Shown in pieces: positions 40,539 through 53,180 of a DNA stretch of 64,000 nt (its first letter is position 1; each line of letters opens with the position of its first letter). The translations under genes and the position numbers were made by a program. The notes beneath the pieces are model-generated. The model had not been told where the DNA came from. It made no database searches and saw nothing but the letters and a program-made list of their open reading frames with translations. Origin of the DNA: the human T2T-CHM13v2.0 reference genome, Homo sapiens; assembly GCF_009914755.1 (NCBI RefSeq), contig NC_060928.1; one strand, written 5' to 3'.

Positions 40539-42708
40539 TTTTTTTAATAAAATAGCTCTTTTTTTATTCACTTTGATTTGGATCATTGGAAATATTCAAC
40601 AATAAATAAAACAGAGCAGGGGATGAGGAAAACAGGATCTTGCTAACATCATTCAGATGCATCCCAACCAGTGCTCAGCTTCACAACAACACGGAGAGAG
40701 GTAAGGGAGAATAGAGAGCAAATTTTAAAACACCAACAGCCAAACACACAAGACTGCACAGAAGAAAAAGTGCTCAAGAAACTTTGGTTTTGAAGGGAAT
40801 TCAGTGGAGGGAAACGACTGTGTAGGAGGAAGGGAATAAACCCATAATCACCCTAAGAGGCAGGGGCTTGGACGGGGAGGCCCTGATGCAGGCTATGGTT
40901 AAATCTGACATCCCGGAGCTCAGAACATGCAACCGATGGCAGTTTTGTACTAGGAAGAAGCTGAGTGATGAGGCTGGGTGATGGTATCACCTGATAGGCT
41001 GGGAGGGAGAACAGGAGGTGCAAAGGCGGCTCACTGTCAGTAGGAAATTCAGTGCTCTTTTGATAAGAAAAAAAATCGGTAATATCCTAATCCTGACAAG
41101 CTGAGATGCTGCTTTGCCTGTCTCTGCCTTTTCTTCTAAGTCTTCCTCCTTTTCTTTGCACAGGTGTCAGGTAGCACCCCAGGGGTGCAGGAGCTGGTGT
41201 TTTCATGGCAAACAAGAAGAGGGAGGTTGACTCTATATCAAAACTAGCTAGCCCAGTCCATGGGGCAGGATGATCCTGGTGGCATGCAGTCACATTTGCT
41301 GCAAACCAGATGTTCATGATGGATATAATGATACCCCCAGGGCTTTTCATAGGGGCGAGGACAGGTGCTGGTTCCTGATGACACATGCCTGGCATCCAGT
41401 GATCTTTAGCTGGACGGTGGCCCCTCAGGGCGTGGGCTTCCCTGCATAAAGTAGTTTTGATCCTAACCAGGTGAGGGAGAGTGAGTTCTTTTGGTTTCTC
41501 TGTTACTTGTTTTCAGATTACCTCAAAGCAAACATCCCTGTTCTAAATGTTCTCTGTGGTTTTATTCTACCTTTGCCAAGAAGCCAGAGTCACATCCAGG
41601 TGGGACTGGCCTCTAGCATGGCTTTCTGGCCACATCAGAGAATGGGATTCCATCAAAACCTCTCAACAAGCCCTTTCCCTAAAGAATCACCCAGATCTTA
41701 ACTGCCCTCTCCCCCTTCTTGACTTTTTTTTTCTATTTTACATTCTATTTTCTCATATCTGGCTTTTCTCTCTAAGCCTAGCCAAATGCTTTGCTGAATG
41801 ATGCTAGGACTAGCCAGAGTTTTAAAAGGCATTCATCCATTTATGAACTTTCTTCCAGCCCAGGATCCCTGCAGAGCACCGGAGGTTACAAATCTGCCCT
41901 CCTTTCTCCCCTAAAAGGTGACTGAGGGGAGGGGAGGGGCATGTAGCTCAGCTATAGCAAATCAGTACCCTGACTCACTGGGGAGACCCAGGGGGCTGGG
42001 ATGTTGCTGACACTTCATGGGCCACCTTGTCAGCCTATCTTTGTGGCTTCAGGTTCAGCTCTGGGTGCTGCAGGCAGGGACCCGTCTACTCCCTGCCTGA
42101 GCCCAGGGCCGGTCTCCAAGGAGCTCTCTGCCTGCAGAGTAGAAAGAGCCCTAGGCTGGGATTCAGGGGCCTGAGGGAGCCCCTGCCACTGCCTGCCCAG
42201 CAAGAGTGCTCCTCATTCTCCTGCTGACAGCATGCATGGTGCCCTTTGGCTAACACTCTTGTCTAATTCCCAGCCACCTTCACCCCAGGGTTGCATTTGG
42301 TTTAAGCCAAACTGGTGCATTTAGTTCTGGCCACAACAATTGGCTTTTATTCTGTTAAGTGCCCATTGCTAAGCCAATGAGACATAAGAGATGTCTGCTG
42401 GGCTTCTTTTATGTCTCATAAGAGAAATGCCATCTCCTGCACTGGAGGGTGTGAGAAGGCAGAGACAAGAGCTTGCCTAGGGCCATGCAGGCAGCCTGCG
42501 GACACAGCTCAGTGCTGAGAGAGCAGAGGAGAGTCAGACACCTCCATTCTGGTTACACTTTTTCCAGATGCTGAATAGAGACTCGCTGGGAAAGCCCGCC
42601 TCCAGACAATTTAAACATGGTGCCAGGAACACCCCGTTGTTGCTGAAACTCTGACTTGTGCTATCTGTCCCAGCCAGTTCCTGATTGCCAGTCACTTCCC
42701 TCCTTCGT

Positions 42709-43748
42709 ACTCCACCAGGAAAAGGCCACGCCTCCCCATGCAGCAGTGGCCTTTTAGGAAACGTGCTTAACAGGATAGGTGGTTTTTCTGATTAAACATC
42801 AGTAACTAGAGTCAACAATCACTGTCCTCCCATGCCTGGCACTCTCCACTCCCCACCCAACTGCAATGTGGCCTTGCTTTTCTTATCAGTAAAATGGGAG
42901 AGCTGGATTTGGGGGCTGGAAGATATCTCACAGCTTGACCATCCTAGTGGAACGGAGGGAGACCAGACAGAGAGCAGACGACCGACCCAGGCAGCATCCG
43001 GCTCAGACACAGACATATCTTCATTTCAAGGGACCTATTCTTACTCAAAGAAAACCCAGAGAAGTCGATTGCTCAGCCTGAGCCGGTCATCCCTAAATGG
43101 AGTCAGCTTTTAGGAGAAGAGGAAGAGTTCAGGAGACAGCATCGCTCTTTGTATCAGTGTTTGACTAGCCAATCAAGAAACGTTTGCTGAATTCTTCATG
43201 TCATACATGTCTGTGAGCTCTGCCCTTCGAGGATGTCTGTTGTGAATGATGACTCAGTGATTACCAGCCTTTATCAGAAAAAAAAAAAAGTCTTAAAGTT
43301 TTGGAGGATGTTAAAGCTGAAACAGGTTTTTTGTTTGTTTGTTTAACACTTTCCACATTCTGAACCCTTGAGAATCTAATAAAAGCTATGGAACCTCTCT
43401 CCAGAAAAATGCTCATATGCAGAGATTCAGAGAAAAAAACAAACTTAGCATGCAACTTCCAGGGACTCTTGTGAATGGCCTGAAGCGACCTTTACCCATG
43501 ACTGGTGTCCCCAAGCTCCTCCCTCCCAGTGTGCAGAGGGGGTTTCCCTGAGCCTGGGAGCACAGGCCCCATGCCTCCTTCACACTCCACCAGGAAAAGG
43601 TCACACCTCCTCAAGGCAGCAGTGGCCTTTTAAGAGATTTTTTTTTTTTTAAAGAAAAGTGGTTTTTCTGCTTAAACATTAGTAACTGGAGCCAACAATC
43701 ACTGTCCCCACCATGCCTGTCACTCTTCACTCCCCACCCAGCAGCAAT
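42709..43748. repeat. Diverged ~160-bp direct repeat pair (42709-42867 and 43584-43748) within the retrocopied 3'UTR
   Basis: ACTCCACCAGGAAAAGG.CAC...GCAGCAGTGGCCTTTTA...GTGGTTTTTCTG.TTAAACAT.AGTAACT.GAG.CAACAATCACTGTCC in both copies. Confidence 0.85.
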
Positions 43749-44589
43749 AAGGTTTCATAGAGTTTTGGAGACTCCTAGCCTGAGAATGAATTCCAGTCCA
43801 CAGTGAGGAAGAAGGAAGGTTGGGTTGGAATGGGAGGATGCTGTGGACATTCCACAAACCATCCAAGCCCTAGATACCCCCAATATCCCAAGTCCAAGGA
43901 CTCCTACAAACCTTCCTTAAGCCTCCCTATTTCCCAGCTGCTGGGTGAGGCAAGCTTCATTAAAACACCAGGACCACCAACACACCAGGACCACCAACAG
44001 AGCCACAGTGCAAACAATGTCAATTGAATTTTTAAAAAATCAATCAATAATCAGGAAGCCTAACGAGGAAAAGAGAGTAGTTGGGGAGCGAGAAGATGAG
44101 GTATGTGCCAGTCGCCATTCCTGGGATGTCCCTGGCCCAGCCCCCCAGTGACAGCCCCAAGGTGGCCAGCAGGGACTTGACCCTGAGCTCAGGCCCTTGG
44201 GGAAAATGCTGCTGGAAGCCTCCTGTGTGGCCTTGGTGGTTAAGGGCACCATATTGAGTAGTCTGAGAAAGAATGTATGGTCCCATTCTGACGCACTGCT
44301 AGGGGGCGCTGAATATCCTCAGAGCTTTGTTCTAATTCAGGTGCCAGCTCAGGAAACCAGAAAAGATGTTTCCAGCTACGGAGCAAGTGGGGCCACTGGT
44401 GGGGATCCCTTTCCCCAAGTAGGGGCTTTTGCCTTATTTCAGCCAATACGTGCTTTTCTTCCCCAAATGCAAAGGCATATGGAAGCGGTCAGATCTGCTC
44501 TTGCCACGATTAGAGCCATGAGACTGATTATCCAAAGGAATAGCTGCTTGGGAAGAGGCATCTTCAGGAGTTAGAAACATGGTGCCAAG

Positions 44590-44958
<369 letters not shown>

Positions 44959-47574
44959 TAAATGAGCTTTGGGAAGAAGGGGATGACAGGGTTATCACGC
45001 CAAGGGAGAGGCCAGGCTTCATGCAAAGAAGGGCAGCATCTCACCCCCAGCGCGGATACCGCCCAGCGTTTCTCTGTGCTGGAGGTAATCACCACTCAAG
45101 TTTCTCTGCCAGTCTTCCTTGGGAAACCATGCTGTCTCTCAGAATATGGGCGTCTTCCACATTTGTTCCCCAATCCCACCCCAGGAGCCAAAATGATTTT
45201 AATATGTGGAGGTTGAACCTTTTCCAGCGTCTCCCCAGCCCTGGGGCAGCAGTCGGGGGACGTTGTCCCCACCCAAGACAGGTTTTGAGACATGCTCCGC
45301 CATGATAGGTAGTGACCTTGCTGAGTAGATGCTGCCAACGGCTGGGTGCAAGAGGCTGCAAGTGGCACTTGGGCACACACCTGAGGCTGACCCTCCAAGA
45401 TCCCGGATGGACTGGCTCTGGCAAGATGCTGGGGCTGGAAACGCAGAGGCATGATGGTGCATCCATCCTCAACCCTTCACTGTGTCATCTCCCCTTGAAG
45501 ATCCGGATTTTATTCATGAAGCCAAGGTGGCCGTCACGTTAGACTCAAAGCCTGCATCGTGCACCCCCGTCTTGTGAAAAGACCCCGCAGACAGGTTGTT
45601 CTCCCAGTAGTGGTGTCAGTTCCCTTTGCTATCTGCTCAGAAGCTATACAAGTCTACCTAATCGCAGACATGCATTGAGAAGATGACCGAGAGGATGCTG
45701 GTGAGTGGGTACCGCCTGTGGCTCTGCAGCCAGTTGTCGAAGACATACTTGATGAAGGCTGGGTGGTAGATCAGGATCTTATCCTGTTTCACTCTGATCT
45801 TCACGAGGACCGGGGTGTAGGTGTGGGAAATGGCACCCGTGGTGGTGGTGCTCACCACCCACTCCAAGTTCATGGTCTTTAAGGGCACCAGGACCATGCT
45901 GACATTGTCCCCCAGCTCCCGGAAGCTCTCAGGGTACACCAGATGGTGGGCGGTTTTGCTCCCGGCAGCAGCTTCAAACCCTGCCGTGGGTGCCTTGTTC
46001 ATCCTGAGCATAAAATTGTGACTCTATCGCAGGCCTATATGACAATTGCCTCAGGTTGCCCGAGTTGCCCACGACAGCACAGTGCCAGCAGCCCACCGAC
46101 CTCTTCTCCAGCATTGGGTCCACATTCCCAGGTACTGCTCTGAATTCCTTGATGGTATTGTTGATGATATTGGGCTTCTTCTCCTGCTGGAGCCTCAGCC
46201 ACCATTGGTAGGTGTTGTCCTCCAAGAGCGCGTTCTGGGCAGTCAGCAGCAGCTGCACTATCTGGTTGAACCTCTCATCGAACCAGGCTGAGAGCCCATG
46301 CTGCCTGATGCAGTGGGTGCAAGTGCAGGGCCTGTGCTTGATCAGTCTCTTCAGGTTCTCCAAGAGCTCCAGGACCATCTTCTTGGGGAACCAGGTGGTG
46401 GCCACCATGGCGTGGGAGTAGTTCAGGAAGGAGGTGAGGAAGATGAAGAGCACGAGGAAGGTGAGCACTTTCAGGGTCCTCTTCCGCAGGGTCACCATCT
46501 TCACTGTCCTGATGGCGACCTCCCTGCAATGGGTGGCAGGAACTCCCTCCTTTTCAGAAAATAAAGTAGCCTATTCTTCTGCAATCCTTAAAGAGCTGAT
46601 AACGTCTCTTGATAAAGCTTTAACCAGTGATTTCCATTCCCATCCGAAGAAGCTAAGAGGTAATTAACCTCTGTGACAGTCCAGGCTCTCTGAGGAGTGA
46701 GGACCTTGAAGGAAGGGTCTTGGTATAGCAGGGAGGGAAGCTGTCTCTGCCGCCCTCCTCCGAGTGTGGTTTCTGATGATCCTTAATTAGGGCTTTGTCT
46801 TTCATGCTGTCACCAGAGACATGGTGGGTTATATGACAAGCTTGATGAAGGCCACAGAAGGTTGGCTGTCATTGGCTGTGTGACTTTAGTGGAGTCTCTT
46901 AACCTCTCTGAGCCTCAGTTTCTTCATCTCCATAGGCTGAGTGACTGTCCATCTCAGGTCCCCAAATGGAATTGTCCTGGCCCAAGCTCAAAGCATTTGC
47001 TCACTGCAGCTCTTGCAGATGTTAATTTCCTCTCATTGACATTTCCAGTTAAAGAAGGTAAAATCTGAAAATGGTACCAGCATGGCTGGAGACACGCTGG
47101 AGTTTCTGGGATTTGGGCATGAGGGAGTTTGGAGTAGATAAAAGGGTGTGAGTGTCCCGGATACTCGCCCCCTTCCCAGCTCACATCGCTTCTTCCTTCT
47201 CTCTCCGCTCCTCTTCCTCCTCCTCCTCCCTCCAGTTTAGGGGTCTTTGTCTTTGCAAAGCATTGAAACTGTCTGGCACAGTGGGCTCCACTGGCAGAGA
47301 CTGGAGCCGGGGAAGTGGGGAGGCAGGGTGAGGGTGGGAGAGGGCTCAGGAATACCTTCTCCTGGTTGTAGTGGGAGTGAAAGGTGGGGTGACTGGGGAG
47401 GGGCCGCCTTCCCTGGCCAGGGGCTGGGAGCAGGGTGTAGTTTGTTATAGCAGCCTAAATAGACTAAGACTATGTGCATATCACATTTTCTAGGAATATT
47501 TTTGAAAACTTGCATGTAGAACAGTAAGAGAAATTATCATAGACTAACAATTGAAATATAATTCTCCAAGACTT

Positions 47575-50370
47575 AAAAAAAATAAATATTTTAAATTAAA
47601 TCTTTAAACAATAAAGCATAATTATTAATATTTGATTGTTGGAAAGTATACACAACATTTTCCCCTTTGTATTAACATAAATATTAGCTTATGATAACAA
47701 TACTCACTTAAAGTCCTTTAGGCACTTGGGTATAGAAAATAAAATATAATTTTACTTTACTGCTACTTATAAGAGAGTAAGCAAAATTAGATCTGGTTAC
47801 TCTATTTTCAACACTGTTAGCATTACTGACCTAAGAAAAAAAATACTCTTAATGTATATGTCTATATAACTTTTTAAGTTCCATGATAGTTAAAATGGGA
47901 AAAACTTTATTGATTGTTAAGATTTCAAACTCCTTTTAGTCTGTTCACTGAGATATTAAATTTCAGGAGACAGAAACCAAAGAAAGATGAAATTTCTTTT
48001 TAGGAGGCTTAAAGGACACAAATTCTGGTCCAGGTTAGAATGAGTGTTTGGTGTCTGTTCCCACCCCTAGCCATCACACTGAATGCTCCCAGCCCAGAAT
48101 GCTGGTCACTGTGTGGCCAGCAAGGCCTGCATGTGCTACAGATGCTGCTCCCAGCCAATGCAGAGTGCTGCTTGTAGATGACAGCATCAGTCTCCCTCAT
48201 CAGATCTGAGGATAGGATGCCGCCATCTTAAAGGACCTCTAAAATTGCTTCCTGGATGGCGCTCTCTGAATCATCAAGATGAACAAGGAGTTCCTTATAC
48301 AGATATTGAATGTTGTTTTGATGATAAGACTATCTATCAGTGCTTTTGATGCATTTCAGCCAGGTGATTAAGGTGGATGCAGCTGCTATTATTATGTTGT
48401 TGAAAATGTCATCTAGATGTTTTTAGAGTTCAGGGTAAATCTCAATGAATTTATCTGCATTAATCACATCACCAGAGGTTTTAAAAAATATATGTATTAA
48501 TTTTAAATCCTATAAAATTAATACAGAAAATATAAATGATTGGGTCATTTAACTATATTTTTTTAAATAAACTGAAAGATAAAGAACACAACACTTCACA
48601 CATTTTATATTTCTCTTACATACTCTGGAATCATACACAGTTCTTTTCTTTTTAAAGCACAACATTAAAACCTTTAAAAGGCATTTAAGGGTTTGGTCAA
48701 GTGAATATGATAAAACATACTTGTCTGTATAAAGAGAAAATGAAATTGTAGTCACTGTTATGTACTGACATTAGTTACAACCTAGTTTTAATTCTTAAAA
48801 CAATTTTGATTAGCAAAGCTAAAAAAAATGGATGTTTCAGTTAAATGTTTTAAAGAGGTACAGATTTTTACAAGGACATAATATAAGTTATTGTTCTGTA
48901 GAAATATCCTATTAAATATTGTATGTCCCTCCCTCTGTACACTTTGTAAAGAAAGTAAAATACATAAAAAGAAAATCATATAGGGATGTGTGACATTATT
49001 GTAATTGTGTACTTGAGAATAACGTGCAAAAATAAAAATCAGAATATTTTCCTGTTAAAAAAATAATAATAATAATAATTTTGCATGGAATTAACTAAGT
49101 CAGTTGAGAATATTCTTCCAGGGTGGTCAGAATTTGAGGTATCAGTATTCCCTACTACACTTCCTGTATCTGTTTGACCAACAGGACCTTGCAGCTAGGG
49201 AGCACCCAGAGGCAGGACACAATGGCTGTCCTCCCACATGCCTTTGCAGATGTCCTTTATCACTGTCTCAGGGTAGCTGTGAAACTGCCTTTGGGAGGTG
49301 ATGGTGTCCTTTGGCCTCAGCAGCACTTTGGACAGGATGGAAAAAAGTTTTAGACACATCTGCAGGTCTCTGGCTGGCTGGAGATAGGCATTGGGTGTGG
49401 GGACCAAGTGTTGTGGCACTTCTTTTACAACAGAGCCTGAGTGACAAGTACGTTGAGCTGCATAAGTTCTGCAGAGTACATAGTCCAGTCGTTGTGTGAT
49501 GTGGTTGACCACATCTGTGTATTTCCCACAGAAATCCTGGCTGACATTGACTTCTCCACTGCAACCATCGAGTTCATTGTCTCCTAAACCTTGCCATGGA
49601 GGCCTGTGGCACCTGAGCCAGCCATTATCATCACCAGCACTTCCATGAGCTACAAGCTGGACCCACTGCAGTCCTCCTGACACACTGAAATCAGAGCCTG
49701 CACACAGAGCAGCAGATGCTTCAATGTAAAGGTCATTTCCAGGTCCTTGACAGGCGTGCATCTGGGCCAGATCCATGGCAATAACCTTCAGGTTGAGGCT
49801 AGAGGGCTTCAGATGGGCAGCTTCGAATGACAGGAGCAAGGCACAAGAGGCCGGAAAGGGAGGGTGACATTTTCAGCATCTATAAGATCAACTTTAGAAA
49901 CATTTGGGGGTTGACAAATTCCCATCAAGCTCTGTGGATCTTGTACAACTGCTCACCACCGGCTTCTCATCAGCACATGATTGGTGCAGGGTTCTGAGGA
50001 TGATTTTGAGATGTTCCCTGATGTGGTCTTGTGAGGAGATTTCATGACAGATGGCAGGAAGCTTCGTGGAGAGATTTCTGAAGACACTCCTGAGCTCCCA
50101 ACACCGGGCAACTCTCTTCCAGAGGATAGTGGGGTGGAGGGTAGAAGAGAGGCAAAGTCAGGTTTGTCCTTCGGATCCCCTTCATTCTCCTTTTGCCACC
50201 GTAAACCAACTTTTGCTTACAGTTAGACACCAGTTTTCGGCAGATGAAATCCCTCTGATTTCAGGCATTTTGTCAATTAAGCTGCTCAGCAACAATAGGA
50301 TAAACTTATGAAAAGAAAGGAGTAGCAGTCCCACAGACAAAGCATCCAGCCCCTGCACTGAGACAGTATA
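47575..50370 (-). pseudogene. 5'-truncated, decayed processed pseudogene of DNAAF5 (HEATR2); stop at 48106-48108; interrupted at ~48500-49080
   Basis: Hand translation gives [84 protein letters not shown] and ...ATQ*, matching the DNAAF5 C-terminal half as I recall it; no introns; many stops and frameshifts. Confidence 0.88.
48506..49080 (+). pseudogene. Retroposed 3'UTR fragment of an unidentified mRNA, nested in the DNAAF5 retrocopy
   Basis: AT-rich non-repeat block that splits the DNAAF5 'CKII|NT' codons; AATAAA at ~49030 then an A/(AAT)n tail from 49057. Confidence 0.75.
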
Positions 50371-50771
50371 GGGAAGGGACTTGGTCCTGGCAGACAGGAC
50401 AGATAATCAACATCCTAGTGGGCCTTACACATGTGGGCATATTCTTTTCCATACCTTCTTGTCTGTTTTAACAAGCTAACCCCAGTCACAGTAGCAGAGA
50501 GAGGGTCCATCCTAACTTAGCTGACCAGGCTGGATTCCTAATCATAAAACCAAAAAAGGAAGAACCTAACCATTTCTCTCTTTCAGCTATGTGTTCCAAG
50601 ATTACTGAAGCAGGATTCTGGCCTTCCTGATAAGAACATGACCAGATCCAGCTGGTTTGCAACAAGATGAACTTCAGTGCTGAGCTTTCACCAAGTTTTT
50701 CTCACTACAATCTCATTGTAATACTAAAATCTCCACCCAAGATGGAGGTTATCTGCCATTTTCTGTACATG

Positions 50772-51400
50772 TGTTACCAGAAAGGGGTCCTGATCCAGAC
50801 CCCAAAAGAGGGTTCTTGGATCTCACGCAACAAAGAGTTCGGGGCGAGTCCATAGAGTAAAGTGAAAGCAAGTTCATCAAGAAAGCAAAGGAATAAAGAA
50901 TGCCTACTCCATAGGCAGAGCAGTGGCTTTGGCTGCTCAGCTGCTTGTACTTGTTACTTCTTGAGTATATGCTAAACAAGGGATTGATTACTCCTTGTTT
51001 AGCAGTTTTCTGGGAAAGGAGTGGGCAATTCCCAGAACTGAGGGTTCCTCCCCTTTTTAGACCATATAGGGTGACTTCCTGATGTTGCCATGGCATTTGT
51101 AAACTGTCATGGCGCTAGTGGGAGTGTCTTTTAGCATGCTAATGCATGAGCAGTGAGGATGACCCGAGGTCATTTTTGTTACCATCTTGGTTTTGGTGGG
51201 TTTTGGCTGGTTTTGGCCGGCTTCTTTACCACTTCTTTTTATCAGCAAGGTCTTTGTGACCTGTACTTAGTGCCGACTTCCTGTCTCATCCTGTGAGTAA
51301 GAATGCCTAATCTCTCAGGAATGCAGCCCAGTAGGTCTCAACCTTATTTTACCCAGCCCCCATTCAAGATGGAGTGACTCTGGTTCAAATGCCTCTGACA
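50772..51400 (-). mobile_element. MER41 (MER41B-like) ERV1 solo LTR
   Basis: Minus strand begins TGTCAGAGGCATTTGAACCAGAGTCACTCCATCTTGAAT and ends GGTAACA; 4-bp TSD CATG at 50768-50771 and 51401-51404. Confidence 0.88.
51008..51037. promoter_or_regulatory. Tandem GAS (STAT1) motifs
   Basis: TTCTGGGAA at 51008-51016 and TTCCCAGAA at 51029-51037, both TTCnnnGAA. Confidence 0.7.
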
Positions 51401-51750
51401 CATGTGCCTCATGTTTGGGCATGAGACCTCACTGTGTAGGTGCAGAGAAGACCCTGCCTAAACATTGCCTACACGTTGCTCCTTTTTCCTGCCTCAACTT
51501 CCTTAAAATGACAAGAGCAGAGCCCTTTTGGGAGCTAACATCAGGACTCCTTTTCTGTACTCTGCTCCGTTGTGCTGCTAGAGCCACAAGCCTATTAAAC
51601 TTTGCCTGAAATAAATTCCTATTTGCGCTGGTGTTAATTTTTACTTATGAGTGAGCCAAGAACTCAGGCCAGAGTTGCGGTAACACCACCAGAAGAGGTC
51701 TCCGCTTGTCAGACTTGAGGGATATCATCAATGAGCCTCTGAGCTAATGG

Positions 51751-52374
51751 TGTAAACCAAAAATAAAATTCTAAGCCCCCCGCCAGCCAAACCATCTGAA
51801 TGGACTTCCTCCTCAGCCAGGGTGCTCTTAAAATTTAACCTGAGAGACTGGTTCAGGTCATGATGGGAAGTAGGGGTTGGACATGCCTCATTATACCTCT
51901 CCAGCATTAACATCAACATAAACCCTAAGTCTAAGAAATTTTTACAACCTATTCTCTCTGAAGCTGACTACCTTGGAGGCTTCATCTGTTTCATAAAATT
52001 TTGGTCTCCACAACCTCTTACTTCAACCCAGATATTTCCTTTCTATTGATCCCAGGTCTTTAGATAAACTTAACCAATTGTCAACCAAAAAATTTTTAAA
52101 TCTGCCTATAAACTGGAAGCTCCGCACTCCGCTCCCCTCCCCTCCCCGCCCTTCGAGTTGTCCTGCCTTTCTGGACAGAACCAATGTATTTCTTAAATGT
52201 ACTTGAAGTCTCATGTCTCCCTAAAATGTATAAAACCCAGCTGCTCCCTGACCACCTTGGGTACATGTTTTCAGGGTCTCCTGAGGGCTGTGTCATGGGT
52301 TATAGTCACTCAAATTTGGCTTAGAATAAATCTCTCCAAATATTTTACAAAGTTTGACTCTTTTCTTCGATAAC
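51751..52374 (+). mobile_element. MER4A-like ERV1 LTR
   Basis: TGTAAACCAAAAATAAAATTCTAAGCCCCC...AGAATAAATCTCTCCAAATATTTTACAAAGTTTGACTCTTTT. Confidence 0.85.
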
Positions 52375-52575
52375 GGAAACACATGATGCCTAGATAGGGA
52401 GTGAACTAAGTGTCTCCTAAGGTCACTGCCAGGTGGGACAGCTGCAGAGTGTCCTGCACAGCACCTTGCAGACCTCCCATGGCTGCCTGCTCTGTAGGGC
52501 CTCAGGAGGGCTGCATGGCATGCTGCAGGCCTAGGCCCAGCAGGTGTGCAGCCAGAGTGCTGCACTCTCTGCTGG

Positions 52576-53180
52576 TGACAAAGAAGAAATTACTTAGGCC
52601 AATAGTAAGGGTATGGGAGTCCTCAGTAAGGCTTTTCTTTTAACGAAAAGCAGCCGCAAATCATTTTCTAACAAAGGGCAGCCTGTAAAGTTGAACTGCA
52701 GACACAGACAAGCAAGTTGGGAGCTTGCAGGGGTGAATGCTGGCAGGAACTAGGGACTAGATACGTTCAAGATGGCGGTTCCATCTTCCCTTCTCTGCCA
52801 GCCAGTGTACAGTAAGGAACAGACAAGATGGCGCTGGGATCAACTGGAAAGTCCATTTGCATAATAAGATTAGGGTGGGGAAACCAGCCTTTCTCACTCG
52901 CAATGTAAAAGTCATACCTGATCGAACCAATCTGTGAGCCCTATGTAAATCAGACACTGCCTCCTCAAACCTGACTGAAAAATCAGGTGCGTTGGCCAAC
53001 CAGCCAGCCCTTTCAGCTCAGAGACCCCTCTCTCTATAAAGAGAGCTGTTTCTCTTTCTTTTCTCTTCTGCCTATTAAACCTCCTCTCCAAACTTCCTGG
53101 TGTGTGTCCGTGTTCTAAATTTTCCTGGCATGCAATGACGAGCTCCAGGATATATATCCCAGACAATGTAGCTGCTTTAC
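52576..53180 (+). mobile_element. ERV1 LTR (MER61-like)
   Basis: TTAGGCCAATAGTAAGGGTATGGGAGTCCTCAGTAAGG; YY1-like CAAGATGGCG twice; CCTATTAAACC. Confidence 0.7.

Larger units (their letters stand above)
49532..51630 (+). ncRNA. UBA6-DT: Predicted terminal exon of UBA6-DT
   Basis: Acceptor gtgtatttcccacag|AAATCC; LTR-derived ATTAAA (51594-51599) and AATAAA (51610-51615); junction partly from memory of the transcript and not provable here. Confidence 0.5.
50420..51685 (+). mobile_element. Older ERV LTR hosting the MER41 insertion
   Basis: LTR-like R/U5 end CCACAAGCCTATTAAACTTTGCC...GAGCCAAGAACTC...GGTAACA; start approximate. Confidence 0.5.

Noticed and set aside
49195-49839. 214-aa ORF as a novel gene
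   Set aside because: It drifts in and out of the DNAAF5 frame through frameshifts, has no true ATG start and is surrounded by stops; pseudogene remnant
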